Source of the DNA: Chamaesiphon sp.
GTDB lineage: Bacteria; Cyanobacteriota; Cyanobacteriia; Cyanobacteriales; Chamaesiphonaceae
Assembly: GCA_965246715.1 (NCBI GenBank)
Contig: CBDFFH010000002.1
Location: 192,001-256,000, forward strand
Direction: 5' to 3'
DNA length: 64,000 nt
Position numbers and translations under genes: made by a program. Below the pieces are notes generated by a model. The model was not told where the DNA came from. It did no database searches and saw only the letters and a program-made list of their open reading frames with translations. This document shows, in pieces, positions 32,469 through 43,135 of this stretch (position 1 is the first letter of the stretch; each line of letters begins with the position of its first letter).

Positions 32469-33632
32469 ATGCAATGGACACAATGTGTATCACGTGACAA
32501 GAAACAGTTTGATGGTGCTTTCTTGTCAGTACTAGCAGGGCTAGGAATATATGGAGGTATCGCTGCTTTTGCATCGCTCTTGCTCTCCCTTGCCGGAGGA
32601 TTTGCAATTGCCTTTGCGGTTATTGGTGGAGTTTTAGGCTACTGTCGTTGGTGGCTTTACGATCGCCTCGTCTGCCTTGGTGGTGAAAAAACAGTTGTTG
32701 GCTTTCTACTCAGTGTTTCTACTCCACAGGAAAAAACCGGATTAGATAGTTTTGACACAGACTATAGTTTGAACATCGTTTTGCAACCACATCAAGAACA
32801 CTGGATTGGACATATTAAAGAAAAGGATGATGACAAAAATGCTAAATGGGTTCCAACTAAAGACGCTCCACAAGACATATTTTTGAAGAAACAGTCATCT
32901 CTCAAAGATAAAGACCAATTTCAAGGTGAGTTTTCTGTCCGACCATCTACGGCAAAAGAGCGGAAACGATTAGAAGAAGAATTGAGTAATCTGCGAAATA
33001 GTGTTTCATCAGGTGTTGGAACTGTTGATGTGGATATTGCCAATCGTATAAAGGCAATCGAAGCACGAATTACTGAATTAGATCGAACAAAAACAGAAGT
33101 AATGCACTGTGAATTTGAAGGAGCTGGGGTTTATGAACTCTACCAATATCTAAAAGCAGCATCCGTCGTCGCGGCGATTGGGGCAGTTGGATGTTCCATC
33201 CCAATTATTGGTTGGATTGTTTGTGCGATCGCTGCGGTAGTTTTGGCAATTTTGGTAATAGTTGGTATTGTAACTGGACTCAATGCCACCGCTAAACCCA
33301 TTGTAGATAAACTTCCAACTGGAGAATTAATGCCGTTTGACGGGCAAACTGCCGACCTATTACTTGTTCGTGGTGAATGGGTTTATGACAGCGCACATGA
33401 GGGCTGGAATGAAATCCACCCAATTCGAGAATGTCGATGGATCGGTAAGTGGTCAACAACAGATAACGGTGGTGAACCAATACCTACAGACAAGTGGACG
33501 GATGGCATTAATAATGCAAATGATCCAACAACGCGGAGTAACCAAGAACAACCTCAAAATCAGTGGCTGATTCACCCTAAGATCGATGGTTGCATTTTGA
33601 GTGATGAACCGGAAGGACCGATCATCCGTTGA
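32469..33632 (+). CDS. Hypothetical multi-TM protein
   Basis: Two hydrophobic blocks; HCEFEG and GEWVYDSAHEGWNEIHP motifs; GAGG RBS overlapping the upstream stop. Confidence 0.7.
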   Translation: MQWTQCVSRDKKQFDGAFLSVLAGLGIYGGIAAFASLLLSLAGGFAIAFAVIGGVLGYCRWWLYDRLVCLGGEKTVVGFLLSVSTPQEKTGLDSFDTDYSLNIVLQPHQEHWIGHIKEKDDDKNAKWVPTKDAPQDIFLKKQSSLKDKDQFQGEFSVRPSTAKERKRLEEELSNLRNSVSSGVGTVDVDIANRIKAIEARITELDRTKTEVMHCEFEGAGVYELYQYLKAASVVAAIGAVGCSIPIIGWIVCAIAAVVLAILVIVGIVTGLNATAKPIVDKLPTGELMPFDGQTADLLLVRGEWVYDSAHEGWNEIHPIRECRWIGKWSTTDNGGEPIPTDKWTDGINNANDPTTRSNQEQPQNQWLIHPKIDGCILSDEPEGPIIR

Positions 33633-33689
33633 CCAATTACTTTTCAACCTTTTTCTAAATAGTTTTAGACTTACAAATAGGAGATTTTA

Positions 33690-33911
33690 ATGTACACACT
33701 CATTCGTTCACTGCCATTAAATCGCTTGGTTTCAGAACAACTACCCACATTTGTAGTTTCATTTGCAATAGCAGAAACGTTCTACAAATTTCACAGTTTT
33801 ACTTTGGAATGTGGAGCCTTTTTGCTAACTTGGTTTGTCTTCGATGGTTTAATCCAGATTGGATTAAGACTACTTCGAGCTAATCGAACTCACCAGGGTG
33901 AACGCACTTAA
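33690..33911 (+). CDS. Small membrane protein whose last codons were replaced by ISAs1
   Basis: AGGAG RBS; the original end ..ANRTHR* is recoverable across the TSD. Confidence 0.65.
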   Translation: MYTLIRSLPLNRLVSEQLPTFVVSFAIAETFYKFHSFTLECGAFLLTWFVFDGLIQIGLRLLRANRTHQGERT

Positions 33912-35381
33912 ATTTCCTACTATTTAAAATCCTCGCAAATCAGTTGCAGATTTGAATTACGAAAAGTATGAAAGCTTTAATGGTAAACAAGTATAGCCAG
34001 TTAATTATGTTATATTTATTGGAAATTCAGATCGCGTCAAATGAAGCTAAAGCCAAGGCATAGTATCGCAGAACACTTTGGTGACATAAAAGACATTAGA
34101 ATTGAACGGGGGAAAAAACACAAACTAATCGATATTATCACGATCTCGATTTGTGCAGTAGTATGTGGAGCAGATGGATGGGAAGACATAGAGCTGTATG
34201 GCATCACCAGAAAAAAATGGCTGGAGGAATTTCTAGAATTACCGAATGGGATACCATCTCACGATACATTTGCACGGGTATTTTCACAAATTAATCCTGA
34301 AGAATTCAATAAATCTTTCCTGCATTGGATTAAAGGAATAAGTAAAATAACAGCAGGAGAGATAATCGCATTTGATGGAAAACAATCTCGAAATTCAAGA
34401 GACGAAAAAAATGGTAAAGGAGTAATTAATACGGTCAGTGCTTGGGCAGCAAGTAATAGATTAGTATTAGGACAAACAAAAGTCGAGAGTAAATCAAATG
34501 AAATTACTGCATTGCCTGAGTTGATTAATGCCTTAGATCTAGCTGGATGTATAGTGACAATTGATGCAATGGGATGTCAGCGAGAAATAGTCAAGAAAAT
34601 TGTCAAAAAAGAAGCAGATTATGTAATTGCTGTCAAAAAGAATCAACCAAGTTTATATGAAAGGGTAGAACAGCTATTCAAACAGGCGATTAAAACTCGT
34701 GGTGAAAGTCTGAAAACGCATAGCTTCAGCAGTAGAGAGATGAATAGAGGTAGAGAGGAAACTCGTAATTACCTAATGATATCAGACATTGCAACATCAA
34801 TAGATCCATTGCTAAAATGGCAAAATCTGACTAGTATTTGCATGGTAGAATCAGTTCGAGTTGTCAATGAAAAAACCAGCGTAGAAGCTCGTTATTTCAT
34901 CAGTAGCTTAGAAGATAATGTTGAAAAACTAGCAGAAGCAATCAGAGGTCATTGGTCGATAGAAAATTCACTCCATTGGGTACTTGATGTTATTTTCAAA
35001 GAAGACATTAGTCGAATTAGAAAAGATAATGCTCCAGCTAATTTTGCTGTTTTAAGACATATAGCAGTTAATATAATGAGTCAGAACAAGAGTCGAAAAC
35101 TAAGTGTTAGGAAGAAGCGATTTCTTGCGAGCCTTGATGAAGAATATTCGCGCGAACTTCTAGAGGCTATTTTAGCCTAAATTTAACTAACCCCAGAGTA
35201 TGAATTTGGCTAAATATCTTTAGCCGCACTTTTGCCGGACTAAATTGAGTTAATTTAACCTCGTCTTTGGTTTCGATTTTATTGATATTGTCGTAATTGT
35301 AGTTAAGCAATCGAATATCATTAATCGCCTATTTTAGTGGCTCTCGATCGAAATAAATCCTGTTTTGATGCGTTCACCCTG
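33894..35381 (+). mobile_element. ISAs1-family IS, copy 2 (1488 bp)
   Basis: Same IRs and length as copy 1; 10-bp TSD TCGAACTCAC. Confidence 0.95.
34041..35180 (+). CDS. ISAs1-family transposase
   Basis: Protein identical to 15482-16621. Confidence 0.95.
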   Translation: MKLKPRHSIAEHFGDIKDIRIERGKKHKLIDIITISICAVVCGADGWEDIELYGITRKKWLEEFLELPNGIPSHDTFARVFSQINPEEFNKSFLHWIKGISKITAGEIIAFDGKQSRNSRDEKNGKGVINTVSAWAASNRLVLGQTKVESKSNEITALPELINALDLAGCIVTIDAMGCQREIVKKIVKKEADYVIAVKKNQPSLYERVEQLFKQAIKTRGESLKTHSFSSREMNRGREETRNYLMISDIATSIDPLLKWQNLTSICMVESVRVVNEKTSVEARYFISSLEDNVEKLAEAIRGHWSIENSLHWVLDVIFKEDISRIRKDNAPANFAVLRHIAVNIMSQNKSRKLSVRKKRFLASLDEEYSRELLEAILA

Positions 35382-35484
35382 TCGAACTCACCGATAATTG
35401 GCATAACACAACCATTAAAAATAGATTGACTCATTAAAAATCGAGATGAGATCGAATTAATTTGGGACTTTCACGAAAAACAAG

Positions 35485-35520
35485 TTTTTGGACTGAGGCT
35501 TAACACCCCAGTCCAAAAAA
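35485..35520. terminator. Bidirectional terminator-like hairpin just 3' of gltB copy D
   Basis: TTTTTGGACTG.GG..CC.CAGTCCAAAAAA. Confidence 0.65.
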
Positions 35521-35530
35521 TTCAACCAAT

Positions 35531-35753
35531 CTAACTCCCGCCAATTCGAGCAACATCGCGAGAATTCTCCTCAAAAGCAGCATCGAGCGCATCATCGCCA
35601 CTCAACCCCGAAGCCAGCGCATTCTGGATCGCTTGCAACACCCGTTTATAGTCACGCGGCATCACCTTCACAAACTTGGGTACCATCTCATCCCAGTTGG
35701 CTAGCACCTCTGTTGCTTTCTGACTCTTGGTATATTGAGCGTGTTGCTCGATC
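35531..35753 (-). pseudogene. gltB: gltB 3'-end copy D (223 bp)
   Basis: [23 protein letters not shown]...ARIGGS*. Confidence 0.93.
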
Positions 35754-35757
35754 TCAT

Positions 35758-36165
35758 TTAGCTAACAAAAACTTGAGGTGTAACAATTGGGATACCCCTG
35801 AAAGGATGAAGCACAAGCAAATCAGCATCATCACTGACAATACATCCAGCACCACCACTCACAGCCAATTCGAGAAACTTGTTGTCCTTCGAGTCACGGC
35901 AATCAGTAACAACTTCCGTAACTTCAACAATCATTGCATCATTTACAAATTTAGATAGAAATTGTAACCGCTCATCCTCTGAAATATAACGATTGAACTT
36001 GGGACGGCGCAACACATTATCAAGTTCAACTAGAATAGCATCAGACACTAAAACAGTGCCGAGAAAGAAGGCTAGATCGAATGCTTACCGAGGCACAGAA
36101 CATGGTGATAATACAGCACTGACAATCACATTGGTATCCAAGACAAATGTCTTACTACTCGTCAC
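35758..36165 (-). pseudogene. PIN-family toxin with a premature stop at 36085-36087
   Basis: FVLDTNVIVSAVL..PR*AF..CRDSKDNKFLELA..IVSDDADLL. Confidence 0.85.
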
Positions 36166-36385
36166 CAAGCAAAGTCTCCAAAATTTGAGGTGTTAGCCCC
36201 CGCGCTTCCGCCTTTGCCCCAATATCATCCATGATTTGTTGCAATGAAACGTCAGATGGAGCGAATAGTTCGCGAACATGCAACGATAGAAGCAACTGGA
36301 TCTTCTGTTGTTGCTCTGCTGATGCTTGGCTATATGCAAGAGCCGTAGGGACATCGACAGGAATAGAAATCGTAGTATTTGTCAT
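36155..36385 (-). CDS. Putative antitoxin
   Basis: AEARGLTPQILETLL C-terminus; overlaps the PIN start. Confidence 0.72.
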   Translation of the reverse strand: MTNTTISIPVDVPTALAYSQASAEQQQKIQLLLSLHVRELFAPSDVSLQQIMDDIGAKAEARGLTPQILETLLGDE

Positions 36386-36532
36386 CACTGCTCTCCTTAA
36401 TTTCAAATGAATGGAAATTGCTAACAGAAGAGCAATATTACCCATCAACCTGCTCTTATCTCACTCTATGTCTTGATTATAGCTTTAGACTGTTAGGCTC
36501 GGATTAACGGCTCTATCTCGATCTAGATTCGT

Positions 36533-36862
36533 TTAAAAATTTGGTTTGACGTGCTTAGTCCAGACTTCCATCAAAGCTCTAGCATCACTCGATGATAATT
36601 CCCCTAATTTTCTAATCAATAACGATCGCTCTAGACAATCGAGACGGGACAATCGCACAGTCGAAGCAACCCGCAATCCACAGATCTCCCAGTCAATTAA
36701 CACCACATCTGTTTGAGTCCTTGGTTTAGATGAAGTTACCGCTGCTACCACAACATCATCTCCATCAATCCAGAGGATTAAAACAGGTCTTTTTTTAGAT
36801 GCTGAACCATCGGTGAAAGTTATTTCAGCTATCCATAATTCACCTGCTTTAACAGTCATCAT
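36533..36862 (-). CDS. PemK/MazF-family toxin
   Basis: FTDGSASKKRPVLIL, AAVTS, GLRVASTVRL and KLGEL. Confidence 0.88.
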   Translation of the reverse strand: MMTVKAGELWIAEITFTDGSASKKRPVLILWIDGDDVVVAAVTSSKPRTQTDVVLIDWEICGLRVASTVRLSRLDCLERSLLIRKLGELSSSDARALMEVWTKHVKPNF

Positions 36863-37130
36863 AGAGCTTATCATCTTCTGAACTGTAGCTATTTAGAAAG
36901 GCATCATGAGTACGAATGGAACCTGTCGAATTCGGTTGAATGGCAATCCGATCGATTAAATCCAGCACATCTTGTTCTACAGTGCGCGAGGGTAGGGAGT
37001 TGAGAACATCGCGATCTGCCAAGTCAATAATTTCTGAGATATATCGACGGACTCGATCGGATATTTCTGGTTTCCACTCTTGCAATTTAATTCCTAATCT
37101 CTCAGCCAGGGCATCCATCGGTATCTCCAT
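36849..37130 (-). CDS. Chimeric putative antitoxin
   Basis: N-terminus matches the 27004-27192 protein; unrelated C-terminus HDAFLNSYSSEDDKLYDDC. Confidence 0.72.
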   Translation of the reverse strand: MEIPMDALAERLGIKLQEWKPEISDRVRRYISEIIDLADRDVLNSLPSRTVEQDVLDLIDRIAIQPNSTGSIRTHDAFLNSYSSEDDKLYDDC

Positions 37131-37244
37131 TGCAGATGATGAAACATCTCTATTTTGCCAAGTTTGTGACAACATCACAAGTAATAGGAGCAATACTCTT
37201 GGACTATTCTATTGGCATTGCTCCACTCGATCCCCCATATTTAT

Positions 37245-40200
37245 CTAACTCCCCCCAATTCGAGCCACATCGCGGGAATTCTCTTCAAAAGCAGCATCGA
37301 GCGCATCATCACCACTCAAACCCGAAGCCAGCGCATTCTGAATCGCTTGCAACACCCGTTTATAGTCACGCGGCATCACCTTCACAAACTTCGGCACCAT
37401 TTCATCCCAATTCGCTAGAACTGCGATCGCTTTCTGACTCTTGGTATATTGAGCGTGTTTGGAGATCGAATCCTTCAACTTACCAATCTCTTCAGCATCA
37501 CTCAGAGTTTCCAAACCCACCATCTGAGTATTGCAGCGTGTCGGGAAATCACCCTGCTCGTCGAGGATATAAGCAACACCGCCACTCATCCCCGCCGCGA
37601 AATTGCGTCCGGTTTTACCCAAGACGATGACTTGTCCGCCTGTCATGTATTCACAACCATGATCGCCGATTGATTCTACAATCGCACTCACCCCAGAGTT
37701 ACGGACACAGAAACGTTCGCCAGCCATGCCGTTGATGTAGATTTCGCCGCTGGTGGCTCCGTAGAGGGCGACGTTGCCGACGATGACGTTTTCGGCGGCG
37801 ATGAAGGTGGATTTGGGCGAGGGATAGAGGATGATTTTACCGCCGCTGAGTCCTTTGCCGATGTAGTCGTTGGCATCACCTTCGAGTTCGAGGGTGACTC
37901 CTTGGGGAATAAATGCACCGAAGCTTTGTCCAGCACTACCTTGGAATTTGAGGTGGACGGTATCGGCGGGGAGTCCGTGCCAGTGGTTTTTGGTGATTTC
38001 GTTACCGAGAATGGTGCCGACGGCGCGGTTGACGTTGCAGATGGGGAGGGTGGCTTTGGTTGGTGTGCCATCAAGAATCGAGTCTTGGCACAGGTCTAAT
38101 AAAGTAGTAATATCGAGCGATTTGTCAAGTCCATGATCTTGGGAAATCTGTTGATAGCGTCCGACTTCTGCTCCAGCTTCCGGCTGGTAGAGGAGGTTGG
38201 AGAGGTCGATATTTTTGGCTTTCCAATGGGCGATCGCTTGTTTGGATTCCAGGATATCGGTGCGCCCGACCATTTCGTTGAGGGTACGGAAGCCGAGGGT
38301 TGCCATGATTTCCCGTAAGTCTTGGGCGATAAACCGCATGAAATTGACGGTGTGGGCGGGATCTCCGGTATAGGTGGCGCGGAGTTCGGGGTTTTGGGTG
38401 GCGATTCCGGCGGGACAGGTATTCAGATGGCAGACGCGCATCATAATACAGCCGAGGGTGACTAGCGGGGCGGTGGAGAAGCCGAATTCTTCGGCACCTA
38501 GCAGGGCGGCGATGGCGATGTCCCGTCCGGTTTTGAGTTGTCCGTCGGTTTCGACGACGATCCGGCTGCGGAGGTTATTCAGGACGAGGGTTTGGTGGGT
38601 TTCGGCGAGTCCGAGTTCCCAGGGGAGTCCGGCGTGTTTGATTGAGGTTTGGGGCGATGCTCCGGTACCGCCGTCGAAGCCGGAGATTAGTACTACATCG
38701 GCGTGGGCTTTGGCGACTCCGGCGGCGATCGTGCCGACTCCGACTTCGGATACTAGTTTGACGTTGATTCGGGCTTCCCGATTGGCGTTTTTGAGATCGT
38801 GGATTAGTTCGGCGAGATCTTCGATCGAGTAGATATCGTGGTGCGGTGGTGGTGAAATTAGCCCTACACCTGGGGTAGAGTGACGGACTTTGGCAATCCA
38901 GGGATAAACTTTTTTACCTGGGAGTTGTCCGCCTTCACCTGGTTTGGCTCCCTGTGCCATTTTGATTTGGATTTCTTTGGCTTGGGAGAGGTAGAGGCTG
39001 GTGACACCGAATCGTCCCGATGCGACTTGTTTGATGCCGCTATTTTTGGAGTCGCCGAGTTCGTTCGTCCAGGTGTAGCGTTCGGGATCTTCGCCGCCTT
39101 CGCCTGTGTTGGATTTACCGCCGATTCGGTTCATGGCGATCGCCAGTCCTTCATGTGCTTCACTAGAGATCGAGCCGTAGCTCATCGCGCCTGTTTTAAA
39201 GCGTTTGAGGATATTCTCGATCGGTTCTACTTCTTCAATGGGGATGGCTGTTTGCGGTTTAAAATCTAACAATCCGCGCAGGGTGAAGTGTTTTTTATCC
39301 TGCTCGTTAATCAGCTTGGCGTATTTTTGATAGATGTCGTATTTACCCGTCCGCGCCGCCTGTTGAAGCAAGTGAATACTTTCGGGGCTGAATAGATGCT
39401 CTTCACCATCTTTGCGCCACTGATAATCACCACCGACATCTAGTGTCGCACCTTTGGCTGGTCGATCGGGGAAAGCGTGAGTATGACGGGTAATCGTTTC
39501 TTGGGTAATTATGCCGACATCAGCACCTTCAATTCGCGAGGCGGTGCGGGTAAAGTATTTATCGATCGTGGCTTGATTTAAACCAACAGCTTCAAAAATC
39601 TGGGCACCACGATAACTCTGAATTGTCGAAATCCCAATCTTCGAGGCAACTTTAGTTACGCCTTTAGTGGCGGCTTTGATATAGTTTTTGACAGCAGTAG
39701 GATAGTCAACATCAAGCAACATTTTCTGAGCGATTAAATCCTCGATCGTCTCGAATGCCAAGTAAGGATTAATCGCTCCACAACCATAACCAATCAACGT
39801 CGCAAAGTGATGAACTTCACGGGGTTCGCCAGATTCTAATACCAATCCGACGCGGGTGCGGGTACCAGTGCGAATTAGATGGTGATGTAAGCCAGCAACC
39901 GCTAATAGTGCAGGGATGGGCGCAGTTTCAGGATTAACACCGCGATCGCTCAAAATTAGGATACTAATACCGGACTCGATCGCTTTATCTGCCGCTGCAA
40001 AAATGACATCTAAGGCTGCTTCCAGACCTTTCACCCCATCGTTAGGGTTGAATAGCATGGGGATAGTAACAGAACTAAATCCACCTTCATTCAGGTGCTT
40101 TAACTTCGCAAGTTCAGCATCACTTAAAATTGGCGATTTAAGGGCGATTAAATGACAACTTTCGGGTTCTGGTTTGAGTAAATTCCGCTCAGATCCGATC

Positions 40201-41888
40201 GTTGTTTGGGCAGAAGTGATAATTTCTTCGCGAATTGAATCGATCGGGGGATTGGTAACTTGAGCAAATAACTGTTGGAAATAATCGTAGAGTAATTTTG
40301 GTCGATCGGACAACACCGCCAACGGTGTATCAGTCCCCATCGAACCCGTTGCTTCCACACCATCCCGCGCCATCGGCGTAATCAGCATCCGCAACTCTTC
40401 AAAGGTATAGCCGAAAGCCATCTGACGTTGGAGAATCCCCCCTAGCCCCCCTTGGGAAGGGGGGGACAAGAGAGACTCTGCTCCGGCTCCCCCCTTATTA
40501 AGGGGGGTTGGGGGGGATTCAGGATCTGCGATGTCCTCCAGCCTGACTAAATGCTCGTCCAACCACGCCTGATAAGGATGTGCGCTAGTAATCTCATGCT
40601 TGATTTCCGCATCGCTCACAATCCGCCCAGCGACAGTATCCACCATGAACATCTTCCCTGGCTCCAACCGTCCCTTCGCCACCACCTGCTCCGGCGGAAT
40701 CGTCAGCACACCCGCTTCCGATGCCATAATCACCAGATCGTCAGTCGTCACATAGTATCGCCCTGGACGCAAACCATTCCGATCGAGTACCGCCCCGATC
40801 GAGCTACCATCAGTAAAGGCGATCGAAGCTGGGCCATCCCACGGCTCCATCAAGCAAGAATGGTACTCATAAAACGCCTTCTTCGCCGCGCTCATCGACT
40901 CATGCGCCGTCCACGGTTCGGGCACCATCATCATCATCGCATGGGGCAAACTGCGACCGGAAAGCGTCAATAATTCCAGGGCATTATCAAAAATTGTTGA
41001 GTCACTACCATCGACATTAATTGCAGGTTTAATCTTCTGAATATCGTCGCCGAATAAATCCGACGCAAACAGCGACTGCCGCGCCGTCATCCAGTTAATA
41101 TTGCCGCGCATGGTATTGATTTCACCATTGTGGGCGATGTAGCGATAGGGATGCGCCCGCTCCCAACTAGGGAAAGTATTGGTACTAAACCGCGAATGCA
41201 CCAACGCCAACGCGCTCTCCATGTCTGGATCTTGGAGTTCGGGGAAATATTGCCCCACCTGCACGGGCATCAACATCCCCTTATACACAATCGTCCGTGC
41301 CGATATACTCGCTACATACCAATGCACATCGACATTCGCCGCCCTAATTGCCGTATGCGCCAGCTTGCGAATCACAAATAACTTCCGCTCGAATGCTAAT
41401 TCATCCGCTAATTCCGGCGATTTGGCAATAAATACCTGCTGCATAAACGGTTCACTCGATTTCGCCGTCTCACCCAAGGAACCATTATCCGTCGGCACAT
41501 CCCGCCAACCCAATACCTTCAAGCCTTCCGCCGCCACAACTTCCGCGAAAATCTGACGACTTTTCGATCGAATCGCTGGATCTGGCGAACCATACACCGC
41601 CCCAACTCCATACTGTCCCGCTGCGGGTAATTCAATCCCTTCAGCAGTCGCCACCTTCTGCATAAACTTGTGAGGCACCTGCATCAAAATCCCCGCCCCA
41701 TCACCTGTATTTGTCTCGCATCCGCACGCGCCACGATGGTCGAGATTAACCAATATCGTCAGTGCTTGCGCCACAATCTGATGCGACTTCGCCCCTTTCA
41801 TCTGCGCGATCAAACCGATACCGCAAGCATCGTGCTCAAACTGCGGATCGTATAAACCTTGTTTGCTGGGTGGTTGAATGGTATTCAT
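37245..41888 (-). CDS. gltB: Glutamate synthase large subunit
   Basis: 1547 aa; EHDACG amidotransferase start, [36 protein letters not shown] (3Fe-4S) and the GXGXG domain. Confidence 0.97.
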   Translation of the reverse strand: MNTIQPPSKQGLYDPQFEHDACGIGLIAQMKGAKSHQIVAQALTILVNLDHRGACGCETNTGDGAGILMQVPHKFMQKVATAEGIELPAAGQYGVGAVYGSPDPAIRSKSRQIFAEVVAAEGLKVLGWRDVPTDNGSLGETAKSSEPFMQQVFIAKSPELADELAFERKLFVIRKLAHTAIRAANVDVHWYVASISARTIVYKGMLMPVQVGQYFPELQDPDMESALALVHSRFSTNTFPSWERAHPYRYIAHNGEINTMRGNINWMTARQSLFASDLFGDDIQKIKPAINVDGSDSTIFDNALELLTLSGRSLPHAMMMMVPEPWTAHESMSAAKKAFYEYHSCLMEPWDGPASIAFTDGSSIGAVLDRNGLRPGRYYVTTDDLVIMASEAGVLTIPPEQVVAKGRLEPGKMFMVDTVAGRIVSDAEIKHEITSAHPYQAWLDEHLVRLEDIADPESPPTPLNKGGAGAESLLSPPSQGGLGGILQRQMAFGYTFEELRMLITPMARDGVEATGSMGTDTPLAVLSDRPKLLYDYFQQLFAQVTNPPIDSIREEIITSAQTTIGSERNLLKPEPESCHLIALKSPILSDAELAKLKHLNEGGFSSVTIPMLFNPNDGVKGLEAALDVIFAAADKAIESGISILILSDRGVNPETAPIPALLAVAGLHHHLIRTGTRTRVGLVLESGEPREVHHFATLIGYGCGAINPYLAFETIEDLIAQKMLLDVDYPTAVKNYIKAATKGVTKVASKIGISTIQSYRGAQIFEAVGLNQATIDKYFTRTASRIEGADVGIITQETITRHTHAFPDRPAKGATLDVGGDYQWRKDGEEHLFSPESIHLLQQAARTGKYDIYQKYAKLINEQDKKHFTLRGLLDFKPQTAIPIEEVEPIENILKRFKTGAMSYGSISSEAHEGLAIAMNRIGGKSNTGEGGEDPERYTWTNELGDSKNSGIKQVASGRFGVTSLYLSQAKEIQIKMAQGAKPGEGGQLPGKKVYPWIAKVRHSTPGVGLISPPPHHDIYSIEDLAELIHDLKNANREARINVKLVSEVGVGTIAAGVAKAHADVVLISGFDGGTGASPQTSIKHAGLPWELGLAETHQTLVLNNLRSRIVVETDGQLKTGRDIAIAALLGAEEFGFSTAPLVTLGCIMMRVCHLNTCPAGIATQNPELRATYTGDPAHTVNFMRFIAQDLREIMATLGFRTLNEMVGRTDILESKQAIAHWKAKNIDLSNLLYQPEAGAEVGRYQQISQDHGLDKSLDITTLLDLCQDSILDGTPTKATLPICNVNRAVGTILGNEITKNHWHGLPADTVHLKFQGSAGQSFGAFIPQGVTLELEGDANDYIGKGLSGGKIILYPSPKSTFIAAENVIVGNVALYGATSGEIYINGMAGERFCVRNSGVSAIVESIGDHGCEYMTGGQVIVLGKTGRNFAAGMSGGVAYILDEQGDFPTRCNTQMVGLETLSDAEEIGKLKDSISKHAQYTKSQKAIAVLANWDEMVPKFVKVMPRDYKRVLQAIQNALASGLSGDDALDAAFEENSRDVARIGGS
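40435..40519. repeat. In-frame inverted pair of short dispersed repeats inside gltB
   Basis: CCCCCCTT..AAGGGGGG doublet encoding [10 protein letters not shown]...PPSQGGLGG. Confidence 0.8.
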
Positions 41889-42134
41889 TTAGGATCGGCT
41901 TAGAAATTGTGATGTAAGGTATCCCAGGATTTGACACGAGATGGGTACTCTACCTAGCCTTATATTTTCTAACCTATTCCCGCGATCGGGTGTCCCCCGA
42001 TACAAAAGTTTGCCCTCTGATACAAATATTTAAGGATGCGGGATGTTGACCTGGGAGACTCGTTTGAGTTATGTTTGTAACAATAATTAAAACTCACTTG
42101 TAAAATTAAATATCTTTTAAATCTGGATGAAAAT

Positions 42135-42434
42135 ATGAATATATTTATCAGCATTATTGCAACTGGGTTTGTGATATCGGTAATTTTGTTCGGATTAATG
42201 AGTTGGGCAAATGTTAGAAAGTGGCGTTCGTGGCTGACACTTGAAATGTATTGGGATCGTTATCCTAATTGTCACACTGATAATGGAACGAAGTGTTTCA
42301 ATTGCGGATCTCGCAACATTCATATGTTGGGCTGGAACCCAAAAGCTAAATCCCAAAACCAAAACCAAAAAATTCATCGATGTATGCAGTGCAACACTTT
42401 CCTTTACCGTACCGGAACTCATGATTTTTGGTAG
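42135..42434 (+). CDS. Hypothetical TM protein with a CxxC..CxxC zinc ribbon
   Basis: N-terminal TM; CFNC and CMQC motifs. Confidence 0.55.
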   Translation: MNIFISIIATGFVISVILFGLMSWANVRKWRSWLTLEMYWDRYPNCHTDNGTKCFNCGSRNIHMLGWNPKAKSQNQNQKIHRCMQCNTFLYRTGTHDFW

Positions 42435-42598
42435 CTCGGTTAGTGAAAATGATCGAGATGTAAAATTATAAGTTAAATTGTTCATTCGGTCATTTTCCGA
42501 TCCAACTTCTGCCGCATATCCCGTTCGCATAGAGTCGGCTTTGCCAAAAAGAACTCTCACCATGTAATTTATTCTAAGCTGCCTAATATTTTATCGTC

Positions 42599-43135
42599 AT
42601 GAATGTAATGTCTGTTTCTCAATACACTAATGTTTTTTATATTCTGATTTTGATTAGTTTATTTGCTCATATTAAACCAGCTCTATCTCAACAGCGAACC
42701 TGTGTCATTAATGATGATGGAGCCACCATATGTGGCAAGCCAACAACTGTAAAAAAAGAAACCAAGAAACCTCAAAGTACAGGATACCGAAAAGAGATTA
42801 ATAATTTTGTCTTGTTATTAAAAAAATGTAAAAGATCGGACACAAATGTAAAATGCGATCTGGTAGTTACAAATAAAGGGGCAGAAAGAGAATTGTCTCT
42901 AAATCCGGCATTTATTAAGATTATTGATTCTGCGGGGAAATCTCATCAATGTCAAACAGTAGAATTTGGAAGCGGTGATGTAACTGCAAAAATAACTCCA
43001 GGTGTCGAGTATGCTGCAACTCTTAATTTTGGGAACATACCCGATCAAATATCACAGGCTCAAATTTTAGAGATAGATACAGGCGTTACTGGTGTTGGCG
43101 TTTTTCAGTTCCGCAAGGTTTATTTCACAAATTAA
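42599..43135 (+). CDS. Hypothetical secreted protein
   Basis: Signal peptide (PALSQ) followed by a beta-rich domain. Confidence 0.65.
   Translation: MNVMSVSQYTNVFYILILISLFAHIKPALSQQRTCVINDDGATICGKPTTVKKETKKPQSTGYRKEINNFVLLLKKCKRSDTNVKCDLVVTNKGAERELSLNPAFIKIIDSAGKSHQCQTVEFGSGDVTAKITPGVEYAATLNFGNIPDQISQAQILEIDTGVTGVGVFQFRKVYFTN

Noticed and set aside
15335..35381. A single composite transposon delivering the island
   Set aside because: Each ISAs1 copy has its own distinct TSD, and array content extends beyond both copies.
21435..37245. Diversity-generating retroelement (TR/VR) explanation for the gltB copies
   Set aside because: There is no reverse transcriptase, and the differences are not adenine-specific and are mainly synonymous.
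37130..41855. Many short ORFs overlapping gltB and its copies (also those over htpG, the ABC gene and the transposases)
   Set aside because: They are antisense or alternate-frame shadows of well-supported genes.
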